Below are positions 38,420 to 46,916 of a stretch of DNA of 64,000 nucleotides, piece after piece. The notes under the pieces were generated by a model. That model saw only the letters and a list, made by a program, of their open reading frames with translations. It was not told the DNA's origin and searched no databases. Where the stretch lies: positions 186,001 through 250,000 of the IMG/VR virus record IMGVR_UViG_3300021963_000021; one strand, written 5' to 3'. Position 1 is the first letter of the stretch. Each line of letters starts with the position of its first letter. The position numbers and the translations under genes were made by a program.

Positions 38420-38625
38420 GAGGCGTCAGTCTTACCCCATTTGATTTTTAACCAAATTCTTTCATGTATATAATAATCTACACTCAAAAGAATATGTAAG
38501 ACTGTGGCGAAACCTGTAGCCTGTCCAATACTGCCTGTGAATAGATAGGTATAGAATATTGTGAATAACCATGCCGTGATACGATAGCTGATCATTCGTG
38601 CGATAGTTCTTTTATGTGTTTCCAT
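38416..38625 (-). CDS. DUF2061-like membrane protein
   Basis: ETHKRT.A..ISYR, YY.HER.W..I.WG. Confidence 0.7.
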   Translation of the reverse strand: METHKRTIARMISYRITAWLFTIFYTYLFTGSIGQATGFATVLHILLSVDYYIHERIWLKIKWGKTDAS

Positions 38626-39005
38626 TATATTTTCCTCTGGTATCCTGCTAGATTGAGTAACACGCTGTATTGCTCGTAGGCTTTTCTTACAGCTTCGTTA
38701 GTTTGTCTAAAGTGAGATTCTTCTCTTTCTTTTTCCATTAGCATATCGAACAGGTCTCTAGGAGCATCGGCTCTTCTATGATTAAAGAAACGATTCTCCA
38801 TTTCTACTAGAGTTTTTAATCTGCTTTCCGGAATTTGTAGAGTATAGAGTTTTTCAGTTTGATACTCGATCATGTCATCTCTAATGATCGCAGCATTTGT
38901 GGGCTCAGTGAAAAAAGTCGGAGGATGGTATCTAGCATACCTCCCTGTGTCGTTTACTATTTTTACTTCGTAGTTTTTACAAAAGTCTTGTAGATCTTGT
39001 TTCAT
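38625..39005 (-). CDS. hypothetical protein
   Basis: 126-aa coupled ORF. Confidence 0.55.
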   Translation of the reverse strand: MKQDLQDFCKNYEVKIVNDTGRYARYHPPTFFTEPTNAAIIRDDMIEYQTEKLYTLQIPESRLKTLVEMENRFFNHRRADAPRDLFDMLMEKEREESHFRQTNEAVRKAYEQYSVLLNLAGYQRKI

Positions 39006-39493
39006 TAATCCCTCTTAAGGATATCCATGAGCTTTTGCTTTTCTTCGATATCTTTGACCATATCGTCATACTGCTTTTTTAAATCTCTTAGCTTGTCCCA
39101 TTTTTCTTCAAGATCGGGCCTGCCGTATAAGATAGCCAGTCGTTCTTCCATCTTGTCCATGAACTCTTTAAGACTCTTCCTGCCGATTTTAATATCAGCA
39201 CTTTCGTCTAGATCGAGACCATCGCCAGTGATCTTTACAGTTCCGTTGCTATTACTAACGCCTGTACCGGTAGTAGACCATTGGACTGGGCTATAGGTAA
39301 ATGATGTACCTGTGCCAATGGTATAGGTTGTACCTGAACCGTAATAAGGAGATGATGTAACAGTACCACCAACAGTAGAGCTAGCACTTCCTGAATACTT
39401 ACCTAGGTCTATAGTAATAGGAGAAATCGTATCGGTAGTGTTATCGCTACTGCTGATGGTTATGATATCATCCGTGAAAGATGATTCGGCCAT
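39005..39493 (-). CDS. hypothetical protein (start revised to MAESSF)
   Basis: Ser/Thr/Gly-rich N-half and coiled-coil C-half. Confidence 0.5.
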   Translation of the reverse strand: MAESSFTDDIITISSSDNTTDTISPITIDLGKYSGSASSTVGGTVTSSPYYGSGTTYTIGTGTSFTYSPVQWSTTGTGVSNSNGTVKITGDGLDLDESADIKIGRKSLKEFMDKMEERLAILYGRPDLEEKWDKLRDLKKQYDDMVKDIEEKQKLMDILKRD

Positions 39494-39500
39494 ATTTTTC

Positions 39501-39695
39501 TTACTTGGCTTTCGCTTCTTTGCGGGCATTCTTCTCTGCTGTGATTTCATTTCTGCGAGCCTTCACTAGCTTACCTACTTCGGCTAACGCCTTACGTGAA
39601 CGTGTACCTGCTGCTGAGTTACCACCTGTGAACTTGGCATCTTCTGCTAAGAAAGATTCAAATGCTGATTTTAATGCTTCTACTGTGTTTGACAT
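39501..39695 (-). CDS. histone H1-like Hc1 family protein
   Basis: F..E..KF..GN.AAGTR.RKAL.E..K..K..R.EI. Confidence 0.75.
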   Translation of the reverse strand: MSNTVEALKSAFESFLAEDAKFTGGNSAAGTRSRKALAEVGKLVKARRNEITAEKNARKEAKAK

Positions 39696-39738
39696 AATAA
39701 TTCCTTTTGTTTATGTGTCTTTTACTTATGATACTAAT

Positions 39739-39849
39739 TGGTGTGGCCGGTAGGATTCGAACCTACAAAGACGGCGGCTATGCCTGTGTCCCTTTCCCGG
39801 GTGCGTTTCACAACGGACTGGAGGTCTACCATGTTCCACTCACGGCCAC
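39739..39849 (-). ncRNA. tRNA-like RNA (111 nt) lacking a canonical anticodon arm
   Basis: GTGGCCG/CGGCCAC acceptor, A73, CCA, GTAGG-TTCGAAT-CCTAC T arm, Leu-like D arm, 54-nt central insert. Confidence 0.7.
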
Positions 39850-39910
39850 AATAATAGTGTAACACAATACTATGTAGTAGAACAAGACACCGGCATAGAA
39901 ATTATAGCCA

Positions 39911-39935
39911 AAAGAAAGCCCGCCGGAGCGGGCTT
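39911..39935 (-). terminator. intrinsic terminator after ahpD
   Basis: AAGCCCGC-TCCG-GCGGGCTT followed by TCTTTT. Confidence 0.8.
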
Positions 39936-39940
39936 GAGTT

Positions 39941-40453
39941 TTAAGCGTTTAATACTTTTGCCAAACTGTTAATCACTGCGGCAATACGACCAATGTCACG
40001 AAGTTGGTCAACAGAGTAACCTTCCTTCTTGAGTGTTTCATAATGCGCCTTAACACAGAAATGGCACTTGCCAACGATGCTGGCAGCTAGACTATAGGAC
40101 TCAAAACGAGCCTTAGTTGTGCCGCCATGATTAGCAATAGCGTTCATGCGCAGTTGCGGAGGTATACCTTCTAAATCGCCGCCGACCATTTCAACATATG
40201 GGTACCATACATTGTTCTGTGCCATTAGCGAACCTGCGGTCATAGCAGCATCACGTTCTTTCTCATCAGTAATGTTGCTCATGATATAAGAAATTAACTT
40301 TCCGTTACCAGTTGACATAGCAGCGGCAAGTGCGCAACCTTCTGCTTCTTCTACTGGCAGTGTGCTACGTTTGATAACAGCATCCAGATTTAGTTTTGTG
40401 TCCTTGGCATATTCTGGCAAGCCTTCTTTAAGTGCGTCTACCCACTGTGTCAT
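39941..40453 (-). CDS. ahpD: alkylhydroperoxidase AhpD
   Basis: LPEYAKD.KLNL, MAQNNVWY, CHFCVKAH. Confidence 0.9.
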   Translation of the reverse strand: MTQWVDALKEGLPEYAKDTKLNLDAVIKRSTLPVEEAEGCALAAAMSTGNGKLISYIMSNITDEKERDAAMTAGSLMAQNNVWYPYVEMVGGDLEGIPPQLRMNAIANHGGTTKARFESYSLAASIVGKCHFCVKAHYETLKKEGYSVDQLRDIGRIAAVINSLAKVLNA

Positions 40454-40863
40454 CGTGTCTGTTCTCCTAGAATTTTATAACCCTTCCCAGTAGGATGGAT
40501 TCCGTCTTTGCTCATATGTGCTTCAGGCCTTGGAAGAACTGTGTCACCGTATTCTTTAGCAATGCGTTCGATAGCATCTTGAGGTATAGGCTTACGTTCT
40601 TTACCAGGACTGATCCAAAAAACACGATCAGCTTTTATTTCTGATCGCATCTTTCGTAGCTCATGTTCGGTTTTTACACCTTTATGATCGTTGGCACCCA
40701 AACTTACAATTACGGTCTTAGAGGGTTGAGCAGAAGCCTTGGCTAGATAATCTTTATTCCATTGCCAACTATTCCATCCACCTTTAGCATAACTTACACA
40801 TTCGGGACGAGCCATCGAAGTTCCAACTGCGATGCTGTCGCCAATAATCATACAATCGAGCAT
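40450..40863 (-). CDS. SGNH/GDSL hydrolase
   Basis: GDSIA, LGAND, DGIHP...GY. Confidence 0.85.
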   Translation of the reverse strand: MLDCMIIGDSIAVGTSMARPECVSYAKGGWNSWQWNKDYLAKASAQPSKTVIVSLGANDHKGVKTEHELRKMRSEIKADRVFWISPGKERKPIPQDAIERIAKEYGDTVLPRPEAHMSKDGIHPTGKGYKILGEQTR

Positions 40864-41402
40864 TATAGGGTTTCTCCTCCGACTGTGCGGTTACAAGCAC
40901 ATAGTTCGCCAGTTTGTAGCGCATCCAATACACGAAGTGTTTCTTCTGGGCTACGACCAACGTTCAAGTTGTTGACAGTAACGTGTTGGATAACGTTGTC
41001 TGGGTCAACAATGAATGTTGCGCGAAGTGCAGCGCCTGCTGGCCAATAAAACACGCCTAGCTGATGTACCAGACTCTTTTCACTGCGCTGTGTGTCAGCA
41101 AACTGAGTATGTGTGATCTTTTGTAGATCTGCGTGTGCTTTCTGCCATGCTACTTTACAGAACTCATTGTCTGTGCTACCTGTGAGCAATACAGCGTCAC
41201 GGTCAGCAAAGTCTGATGTAAGTTTGTCATAGGCTACGATTTCTGTAGGACATACAAATGTAAAATCCTTTGGGTAGTAAACGATTACTTTCCACTTGCC
41301 TTCAAATGACTTTTCGGTAATGTCAAAGAAAGCATCTTCTGGTTGTCCAGGCTTGACACCTGTGATTACAAACGGTTCTAATTGATCGCCAACTGTTTTC
41401 AT
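40863..41402 (-). CDS. ahpC: peroxiredoxin AhpC (AhpD-partnered type)
   Basis: YPKDFTFVCPTE and GELCACN. Confidence 0.95.
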   Translation of the reverse strand: MKTVGDQLEPFVITGVKPGQPEDAFFDITEKSFEGKWKVIVYYPKDFTFVCPTEIVAYDKLTSDFADRDAVLLTGSTDNEFCKVAWQKAHADLQKITHTQFADTQRSEKSLVHQLGVFYWPAGAALRATFIVDPDNVIQHVTVNNLNVGRSPEETLRVLDALQTGELCACNRTVGGETL

Positions 41403-41454
41403 TTTATCTCCTTGTGTGTGTTGAAAACTATACAGAACATAATATTCTATGTTC

Positions 41455-41532
41455 TAATTGTACATTTATTTAAACTATTAATCAAGCAGATTAATAGATT
41501 TTTTTAAAAAATATTTCTATAACGCTTATTGA
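41455..41532 (-). promoter_or_regulatory. ahpC promoter (TTGATT-N17-TACAAT) with OxyR-like box and palindrome
   Basis: ATTG-N7-CAAT-N7-ATAG at about 41532-41517; CTATTAATC/GATTAATAG inverted repeat at 41475-41497. Confidence 0.45.
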
Positions 41533-41537
41533 AAAAA

Positions 41538-42110
41538 TCAATTACGATCGGTGTAATTGTAGTTGACCATAATGCCCCAACTTTCTTCTAGACGTTTTGA
41601 GCTTTGGTCAGCATTGAAATTCACAGACTGTAATTGAGCACCATTGCCAAGATGGAAACGAGCAACTGGATCTTTGCGTGTTTCTATAAACTCGCGGATC
41701 TGTTCTTCTGTCGGAACTTCGCTAAAATGCTTGCGAAGACTTGGAATAGGACTCAGCGTATATAACTGTTCGATGCCTTCTCTGCGGCAATATCTGAGAG
41801 CTTCTTGTATGATGTCAACGCCCACGCCCGCGGCTGCTCCGGGTAAACGGAACACGGTATAGAACATAGCTACTAGTTTTTGTTGACTTGGAGTTAGTAT
41901 GTCATTGACGCTGCGATTCATATGATCAGAGAGTTTGGCGCAGACTAGTGCCATTGGAGTACCTTGTTCTTCTAACGCAAATACAGTTCGACCGTCTACT
42001 AAACGATCTTCAATGGATATTCCTGGATGTACAGGATCCAATTCTAAAAACTTCAACCATTCTGAGTTAAACCCAGGATCACCAAGACGAACTAACATTT
42101 TATTCTCCAA
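41538..42110 (-). CDS. malonyl-CoA decarboxylase catalytic-domain-like protein
   Basis: TLSPIP, DPVARFHLGNGA, N..AD.S....ESWGIMVNY.Y. Confidence 0.75.
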   Translation of the reverse strand: MENKMLVRLGDPGFNSEWLKFLELDPVHPGISIEDRLVDGRTVFALEEQGTPMALVCAKLSDHMNRSVNDILTPSQQKLVAMFYTVFRLPGAAAGVGVDIIQEALRYCRREGIEQLYTLSPIPSLRKHFSEVPTEEQIREFIETRKDPVARFHLGNGAQLQSVNFNADQSSKRLEESWGIMVNYNYTDRN

Positions 42111-42146
42111 TCATAATATGCGTATTTATTCATAGGAATAAAAACC

Positions 42147-42172
42147 AAAAAAAAAGGACCCGAAGGTCCTTT
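42147..42172 (-). terminator. intrinsic terminator
   Basis: AAAGGACC-TTCG-GGTCCTTT followed by a T run. Confidence 0.85.
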
Positions 42173-42181
42173 GAACCTACA

Positions 42182-42394
42182 TCATTTTGATGATAGCAGA
42201 TCTTGAGCTTGTCGTACTTCGTTTTCTAAGTACTCAATTCTTGCTGCCGCTTCGTCTAACAAAGTGGCTATTTTATCTGGTGCGCCTTCTTCTACGCTCT
42301 TACGACCAGGAATTTGTCTCCTAATTTCAGCTCGCTTACGAAGTCGAAACACCAGACTCTGCTCGCTAACGGGCAGGTGGCTTTCATCTTTCAT
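42182..42394 (-). CDS. hypothetical protein
   Basis: 70-aa coupled ORF. Confidence 0.55.
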   Translation of the reverse strand: MKDESHLPVSEQSLVFRLRKRAEIRRQIPGRKSVEEGAPDKIATLLDEAAARIEYLENEVRQAQDLLSSK

Positions 42395-43281
42395 ATCCTC
42401 TCCATAAAGTTTCTAACCCAGGCCAGACGAGCTTGCTCGTCCATGGCTGTGTATTCAACAATGTTGGCACGGATAGCATCTACTAGTGGATAGTATTCTT
42501 CGTCTAGTTGGTGCTTGATATCTTTGTTCAAGTCCACTAACTTGTCTGTACGTGGATTGCGAGCAACCCATTTTGAAGTCAAGTAGTAAGGGCTCTTGAT
42601 CTTAGCACTCACACCATCTTCTGTATAGAATACATAACCTTCGTGTTTACATTCCTTGGCCATTGCTGATAGTCGTGCCATGTTAGTTGTTACACTTTCT
42701 GGCACAAAGCATCCTAGCACACGACTCATTTCCATTAACATGAACGGATCATGTTCGACTATAGAGTTCCATTTGTTTTCACGATAGCCTAGGATGTACA
42801 TGCCTTCCTTTTCAGGAACGATATGCGGGTCGTTACGGTGAACGCACTCAAACATAAATGTATATCCTTGCCAACGATCACACAAGTCAAAATACTTTGT
42901 TTCGTCGATCAGTTCACGTGCCATTTTAACATAGTCGCTGTCTGTGCTACCAGTAGTAGACACCAACAGTTTGCCGTTATGATAAGTCATAGCAACCATG
43001 AATCCGTTGACTTTACGAAATGCTGTAACTTTGGTTTCTGGAGCAAGCACTGGTGCTTCCTTTTCGATGCCATAGTTATAGATTTTAGTAAATGGGTATG
43101 TCACTAGATTGAAGTCAGTGTCTACAATGGATCCACGACATTCCGCAATAAAGGGATTCCACAGACTATCGTAGAACACTTTCTTCTTGTATTTGAGCAC
43201 GTAGATACCTTCACCAGCTTCTTTCATATTAACTAGGTTGCTGGTTTCTACATACTCCTTCAGCTCATCTTTAAACATCAT
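42391..43281 (-). CDS. T4 Rnl1-like RNA ligase
   Basis: ECRG, FTKIYNY, motif I KVNG, STTGS, FE, EGYV, KIKS.YY. Confidence 0.85.
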   Translation of the reverse strand: MMFKDELKEYVETSNLVNMKEAGEGIYVLKYKKKVFYDSLWNPFIAECRGSIVDTDFNLVTYPFTKIYNYGIEKEAPVLAPETKVTAFRKVNGFMVAMTYHNGKLLVSTTGSTDSDYVKMARELIDETKYFDLCDRWQGYTFMFECVHRNDPHIVPEKEGMYILGYRENKWNSIVEHDPFMLMEMSRVLGCFVPESVTTNMARLSAMAKECKHEGYVFYTEDGVSAKIKSPYYLTSKWVARNPRTDKLVDLNKDIKHQLDEEYYPLVDAIRANIVEYTAMDEQARLAWVRNFMERI

Positions 43282-43739
43282 GTTCTCCAGATTTCTTTAT
43301 AGCCTTCTTCTTCAGTTGGCCATTCAAAATTATCAATCATGCTGCGGACAACATGATCGGGGATTGATTTGCCAGGGCGGCTAGCCAAACGACGAGCGTG
43401 TTCTTCGGCAGACGGAGTAGGAAAGACCACAGCGATGTGCCAGTAGTCGGGTAACATACGGAACTTTCTAGCACGACTTTTTACAGTTGTGTTAGTTTGG
43501 TCCCAAATGATATCTCGACCTGCGGCCCTAGCACGAACTACAGCGCGAGTCATTAGACGAACAGCACGTGGCATTACTTCGTCAAAGACTTCGTTGTAGG
43601 TCTTGCCTAGGCGTTTAGCAAACTTTTCTACATAGACATCGGTGGAAATATATTCCATACCTACTGCCCAGGTTTGGCCTGCCAGCCATGTAGTTTTGCC
43701 ACTAGCCGGCACTCCAACTAAAATATATGCTTTAGCCAT
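43278..43739 (-). CDS. polynucleotide kinase-like P-loop kinase (AAA_33)
   Basis: GVPASGKTT, ISTD, IWDQTN, R...R...IP. Confidence 0.85.
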   Translation of the reverse strand: MAKAYILVGVPASGKTTWLAGQTWAVGMEYISTDVYVEKFAKRLGKTYNEVFDEVMPRAVRLMTRAVVRARAAGRDIIWDQTNTTVKSRARKFRMLPDYWHIAVVFPTPSAEEHARRLASRPGKSIPDHVVRSMIDNFEWPTEEEGYKEIWRT

Positions 43740-44280
43740 GATGTGATTTTACCTCTCCGGTCATTGCGTCTGCGATTGCACGTTCCATAGTAACAGCGAT
43801 CATTCCTGTCGCATCCATGCCCATATCACGACAGCGATAACGTTCCATTCCACTGGTACCACCGTGTAAGTGTCCGTGGAAATGAACAGCACCTCTGTGC
43901 ATTTGATCCCATTCAGCGATAGGATAATGGAACATAACTACCCTAGTTTTTTCATATGTCATACACAAGTACGGATGTACTTCTGCGAAACAACTACGAA
44001 ACACAGGGTCGTTTAACAATTTGCGATCGTGGTTGCCCTCGATCAAAATTTTTGTACCATTTAACCGACGCATGATGTTTACTGCTTTTGCCGCAGGCAA
44101 GAACGCAACATCACCTAATATGTAGACTGTGTCTTCCGGAGCGATAGTGTTATTCCATTCCAACACCATTTGCTCGTTCATATAGTCTACATCGTTGTTA
44201 AATCTTGCTCTCGACTGTGGACAGAATTTCATGATATTGGCATGCCCAAAGTGTAAGTCACTGGTTATCCATGTAGTCAT
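43732..44280 (-). CDS. calcineurin-like metallophosphoesterase
   Basis: SDLHFGH, LGD, GNHD, HYP, HGH.H. Confidence 0.9.
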   Translation of the reverse strand: MTTWITSDLHFGHANIMKFCPQSRARFNNDVDYMNEQMVLEWNNTIAPEDTVYILGDVAFLPAAKAVNIMRRLNGTKILIEGNHDRKLLNDPVFRSCFAEVHPYLCMTYEKTRVVMFHYPIAEWDQMHRGAVHFHGHLHGGTSGMERYRCRDMGMDATGMIAVTMERAIADAMTGEVKSHHG

Positions 44281-44303
44281 AATTCGCCCTCTTTATATTT
44301 CAA

Positions 44304-44675
44304 TTATTTCTTTAAAGCTTCTAGGGTAGCAAGCATTGAAGCCCATTGTGTGCTCGGGTCTACACCTTCATTGAAGTTGTGTAGCGCCATTAGGGTTTCA
44401 AATTTGCCTTCTGGAACCTTAAAGAAAATGTTAGCATAGGTACAATCGAAGTCGTCATCGGCGTCATGGCTGTACCAAGGGTGTTCTGACATTTCGTCAA
44501 AAACATCTTCGTAACTTTCTCGGTTACCGCCACCGTTGCGAGTATGAACAACGATATAACCATCTTCTAAATAGACATTTCGAAAACGACCGAAGTCTTC
44601 TCGAGTCTTACCTAACAGAGACAAAATTTTGTCAGTGTCAGGATTCATACCAAACAGCATATTGTACAATGACAT
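44304..44675 (-). CDS. hypothetical protein (start revised to MSLYNMLFG)
   Basis: AGGAG RBS before 44675. Confidence 0.55.
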   Translation of the reverse strand: MSLYNMLFGMNPDTDKILSLLGKTREDFGRFRNVYLEDGYIVVHTRNGGGNRESYEDVFDEMSEHPWYSHDADDDFDCTYANIFFKVPEGKFETLMALHNFNEGVDPSTQWASMLATLEALKK

Positions 44676-44688
44676 ATCGTCTCCTTTC

Positions 44689-45204
44689 TTAGTCCCAATC
44701 TTCCTCACGTTGCGGAGGAACCCAAATTTTCTTGTTGCCAAGCTCGTCGTATTCAAAAGCAACACCATTAATTGTGTGAGGCTCGTTTTCGTCATACGTC
44801 CAACCAAGCACTTTCATCATCTTGTGTTTGACCATTAAGTTGGGGCTACGAAAGACTTCAGTATCACGGAAGCCCATCATTACGCCGACTTCGCAGACAG
44901 CACCCGAACGACAAACACCAGCAACACAATGTACAACAACATTCATTCGTTGTTCCATTGCGTGTTCTAGCAGTCTCACTAGTTGTTCTGCTTGCTGATC
45001 AGTGACTTTGAATTCTTCGCCCCATTTGTCATCTCGTTCTAGATCTAAGAACTCAAACTGATGAGTTTCTTTGAACTGATGCCTAGGAGTAGGAAACTCC
45101 ATAGCAGGATCTACGATCTGTATCAACATAGAGTTGATACCAGCATCAATATGATGACCTTTCGGAATGTCTGCCAACGCTACGTTTTGTATCCAAGGAT
45201 TCAT
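44689..45204 (-). CDS. dual-specificity/tyrosine phosphatase-like protein
   Basis: VVVHCVAGVCRSG CX5R loop; GGAG RBS. Confidence 0.85.
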   Translation of the reverse strand: MNPWIQNVALADIPKGHHIDAGINSMLIQIVDPAMEFPTPRHQFKETHQFEFLDLERDDKWGEEFKVTDQQAEQLVRLLEHAMEQRMNVVVHCVAGVCRSGAVCEVGVMMGFRDTEVFRSPNLMVKHKMMKVLGWTYDENEPHTINGVAFEYDELGNKKIWVPPQREEDWD

Positions 45205-45206
45205 TG

Positions 45207-45884
45207 TTATCTCCATAGTAAGTCAAAGTTACCTTTGAGAACAGTAGAACATTTTGATCTACAACCAGTTAAATGATCTTGAACAGAGTCATCTTGGAAT
45301 CGGTAAGTGCGGATTTTATCTCCACGCATACCTGATCCTACCTGTTGGCGTCTATCACTTGCTATACTATTATTATACGATCTTTTGAGTTCTAAGTCAA
45401 TGCGCTGTTGTAAAGTTGCCATAGCTTCGTTGTAGCTATTTTGGCGACTTCGGCATTCGGCTTTGGCTATTATACCTGTAGGAAGGTGTGTGATGCGGCA
45501 GCTATTTTGGTGCTTGTTCCGAAATTGTCCACCCGCTCCTGTACCGCTGTACCATTCGATCTTGAGATCGTTTTTGGTAACAGCAACAGAGTCAGGATCT
45601 GGAGACCCGTCTATGACAGCGACGGTAACAGTTGAAGTGTGGACACGACCTTTTCGTTCGGTCGGAGGCACTCGCTGGATACGATGACCACCGGGCTCAT
45701 TATCTAAGCCTGATAGATCTACACCCTCTACAAGTATCGAACACTCGCCAGGACGTACATCTATCAGGCGGGTAGTTCAACCCAGTTTATTTCCTAGTTT
45801 TTGGTAAGCGGTCGCGAGATCACTTACGAATAGTTTACTATCTTCGCCGCCTTCTGCGGCACGGATTTCAATAGTGCGTTTCAT
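45207..45884 (-). CDS. prfA-like: class I release factor homologue (RF1-type PxT, GGQ; lacks domain 1) with in-frame UGA at codon 36
   Basis: MKRTIEIRAAEGGEDSKLF...KLG*TTRLI...GGHRIQRVPPTERKGRVHTS...GAGGQ...KIRTY; TGA at 45779-45777, same frame on both sides. The ORF track shows only the downstream part. Confidence 0.85.
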
Positions 45885-46099
45885 GGTTTTCTCCTTTTAT
45901 ACCAACTGTACTTGTCACCATTTGGTAACAGACCGTTGTTAACAGAATCGGCGCCAAAGACGCCGACTATTTCCATACCGTCACCGTTTATGGTAACAAG
46001 TATGCCTAATTCTTTTGCGAAAGCCATTGCTTCCGATAGATCTTTTACTGCTTCCACACAACCTCTACCCGTTGTGTCATTCCATTTTACTTCATACAT
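45881..46099 (-). CDS. hypothetical protein
   Basis: 72-aa coupled ORF. Confidence 0.5.
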   Translation of the reverse strand: MYEVKWNDTTGRGCVEAVKDLSEAMAFAKELGILVTINGDGMEIVGVFGADSVNNGLLPNGDKYSWYKRRKP

Positions 46100-46110
46100 T
46101 CTTTATTTAT

Positions 46111-46188
46111 TGGCCTGCCCGGAGGGATTCGAACCCCCGACCCACAGCTTAGAAGGCTGTTGCTCTAATCCTGCTGAGCTACGGGCAG
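46111..46188 (-). tRNA. tRNA-Arg(TCT)
   Basis: Cloverleaf, loop CTTCTAA, CCA. Confidence 0.95.
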
Positions 46189-46193
46189 AAATT

Positions 46194-46269
46194 TGGAGCG
46201 GGAGACGAGTCTCGAACTCGCGACATCTTGCTTGGAAGGCAAGTGCTCTACCAACTGAGCTACTCCCGC
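46194..46269 (-). tRNA. tRNA-Gly(TCC)
   Basis: Loop CTTCCAA, CCA. Confidence 0.95.
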
Positions 46270-46275
46270 AATGTC

Positions 46276-46479
46276 TTAGGTTGGAAAATATTTTTCCATA
46301 ACTTCCAATTTGTCCATATACTCAGCAATCTGAGCGACTTCTTTTTCGATAGCATCCATAATATCACTGTGTTCGTGGATTGCTGTTGGGTTGTTCAGCA
46401 TCACTTCGACATTCATTTTATGTTTAGTGATGTGTGATCGAAAGTGTTCTTTCGATGCTTCAATGAGTTCTTTACGCAT
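46276..46479 (-). CDS. hypothetical protein (start MRKELIE)
   Basis: Coupled to the upstream ORF stop. Confidence 0.55.
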   Translation of the reverse strand: MRKELIEASKEHFRSHITKHKMNVEVMLNNPTAIHEHSDIMDAIEKEVAQIAEYMDKLEVMEKYFPT

Positions 46480-46736
46480 TATGAGTTCACCGTTTCGCTG
46501 TTTTGCTTCGAATTCCACTCTTGTTTGGCCTTTTGATAGGCGTCTTCGCTTAGGCCATGCCAACCAATACAGTCGCCTGTAGGACTACGACCACAACCGC
46601 AAGTACCTTTTTTCATATCTTCAACTTTTGGAGTCACTTTGTCTTTCCTAAAAATTAAATCGTAATTGTTGTTAAACGCTTTCGATGATGCTCTTGATTG
46701 TATAGCATCACCAGTTATATCGTTTCTTGCTACCAT
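46479..46736 (-). CDS. CDGSH-like Fe-S motif protein
   Basis: CGCGRSPTGDCIGWH (3Cys-1His). Confidence 0.55.
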   Translation of the reverse strand: MVARNDITGDAIQSRASSKAFNNNYDLIFRKDKVTPKVEDMKKGTCGCGRSPTGDCIGWHGLSEDAYQKAKQEWNSKQNSETVNS

Positions 46737-46752
46737 CTACATATCCTCAAAT

Positions 46753-46831
46753 TGGTCCGGGAAGTGGGATTCGAACTCACGATCTCCTGCTCCCAAAGCA
46801 GGCGCTTTAAGCCAGACTAAGCTACACCCGG
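46753..46831 (-). tRNA. tRNA-Pro(TGG)
   Basis: Loop TTTGGGA, CCA. Confidence 0.9.
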
Positions 46832-46835
46832 AAAT

Positions 46836-46909
46836 TGGTTGCGGGTCCTGGAATCGAACCAAGGACTAGAGCTTATGAGACTCTCGAGATACCCCTTCTC
46901 CAACCCGCT
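46836..46909 (-). tRNA. tRNA-Met(CAT), initiator-like
   Basis: Loop CTCATAA, unpaired 1:72, fMet-like D arm. Confidence 0.8.
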
Positions 46910-46916
46910 ATAAACC

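Noticed and set aside
39739-39849. tmRNA
   Set aside because: Too short, no G3:U70 Ala identity pair, and no tag reading frame.
45740-45779. Selenocysteine reading of the release-factor UGA
   Set aside because: The position aligns with Trp, not Cys; only a weak 4-bp hairpin follows; no tRNA-Sec or selAB is in the window.
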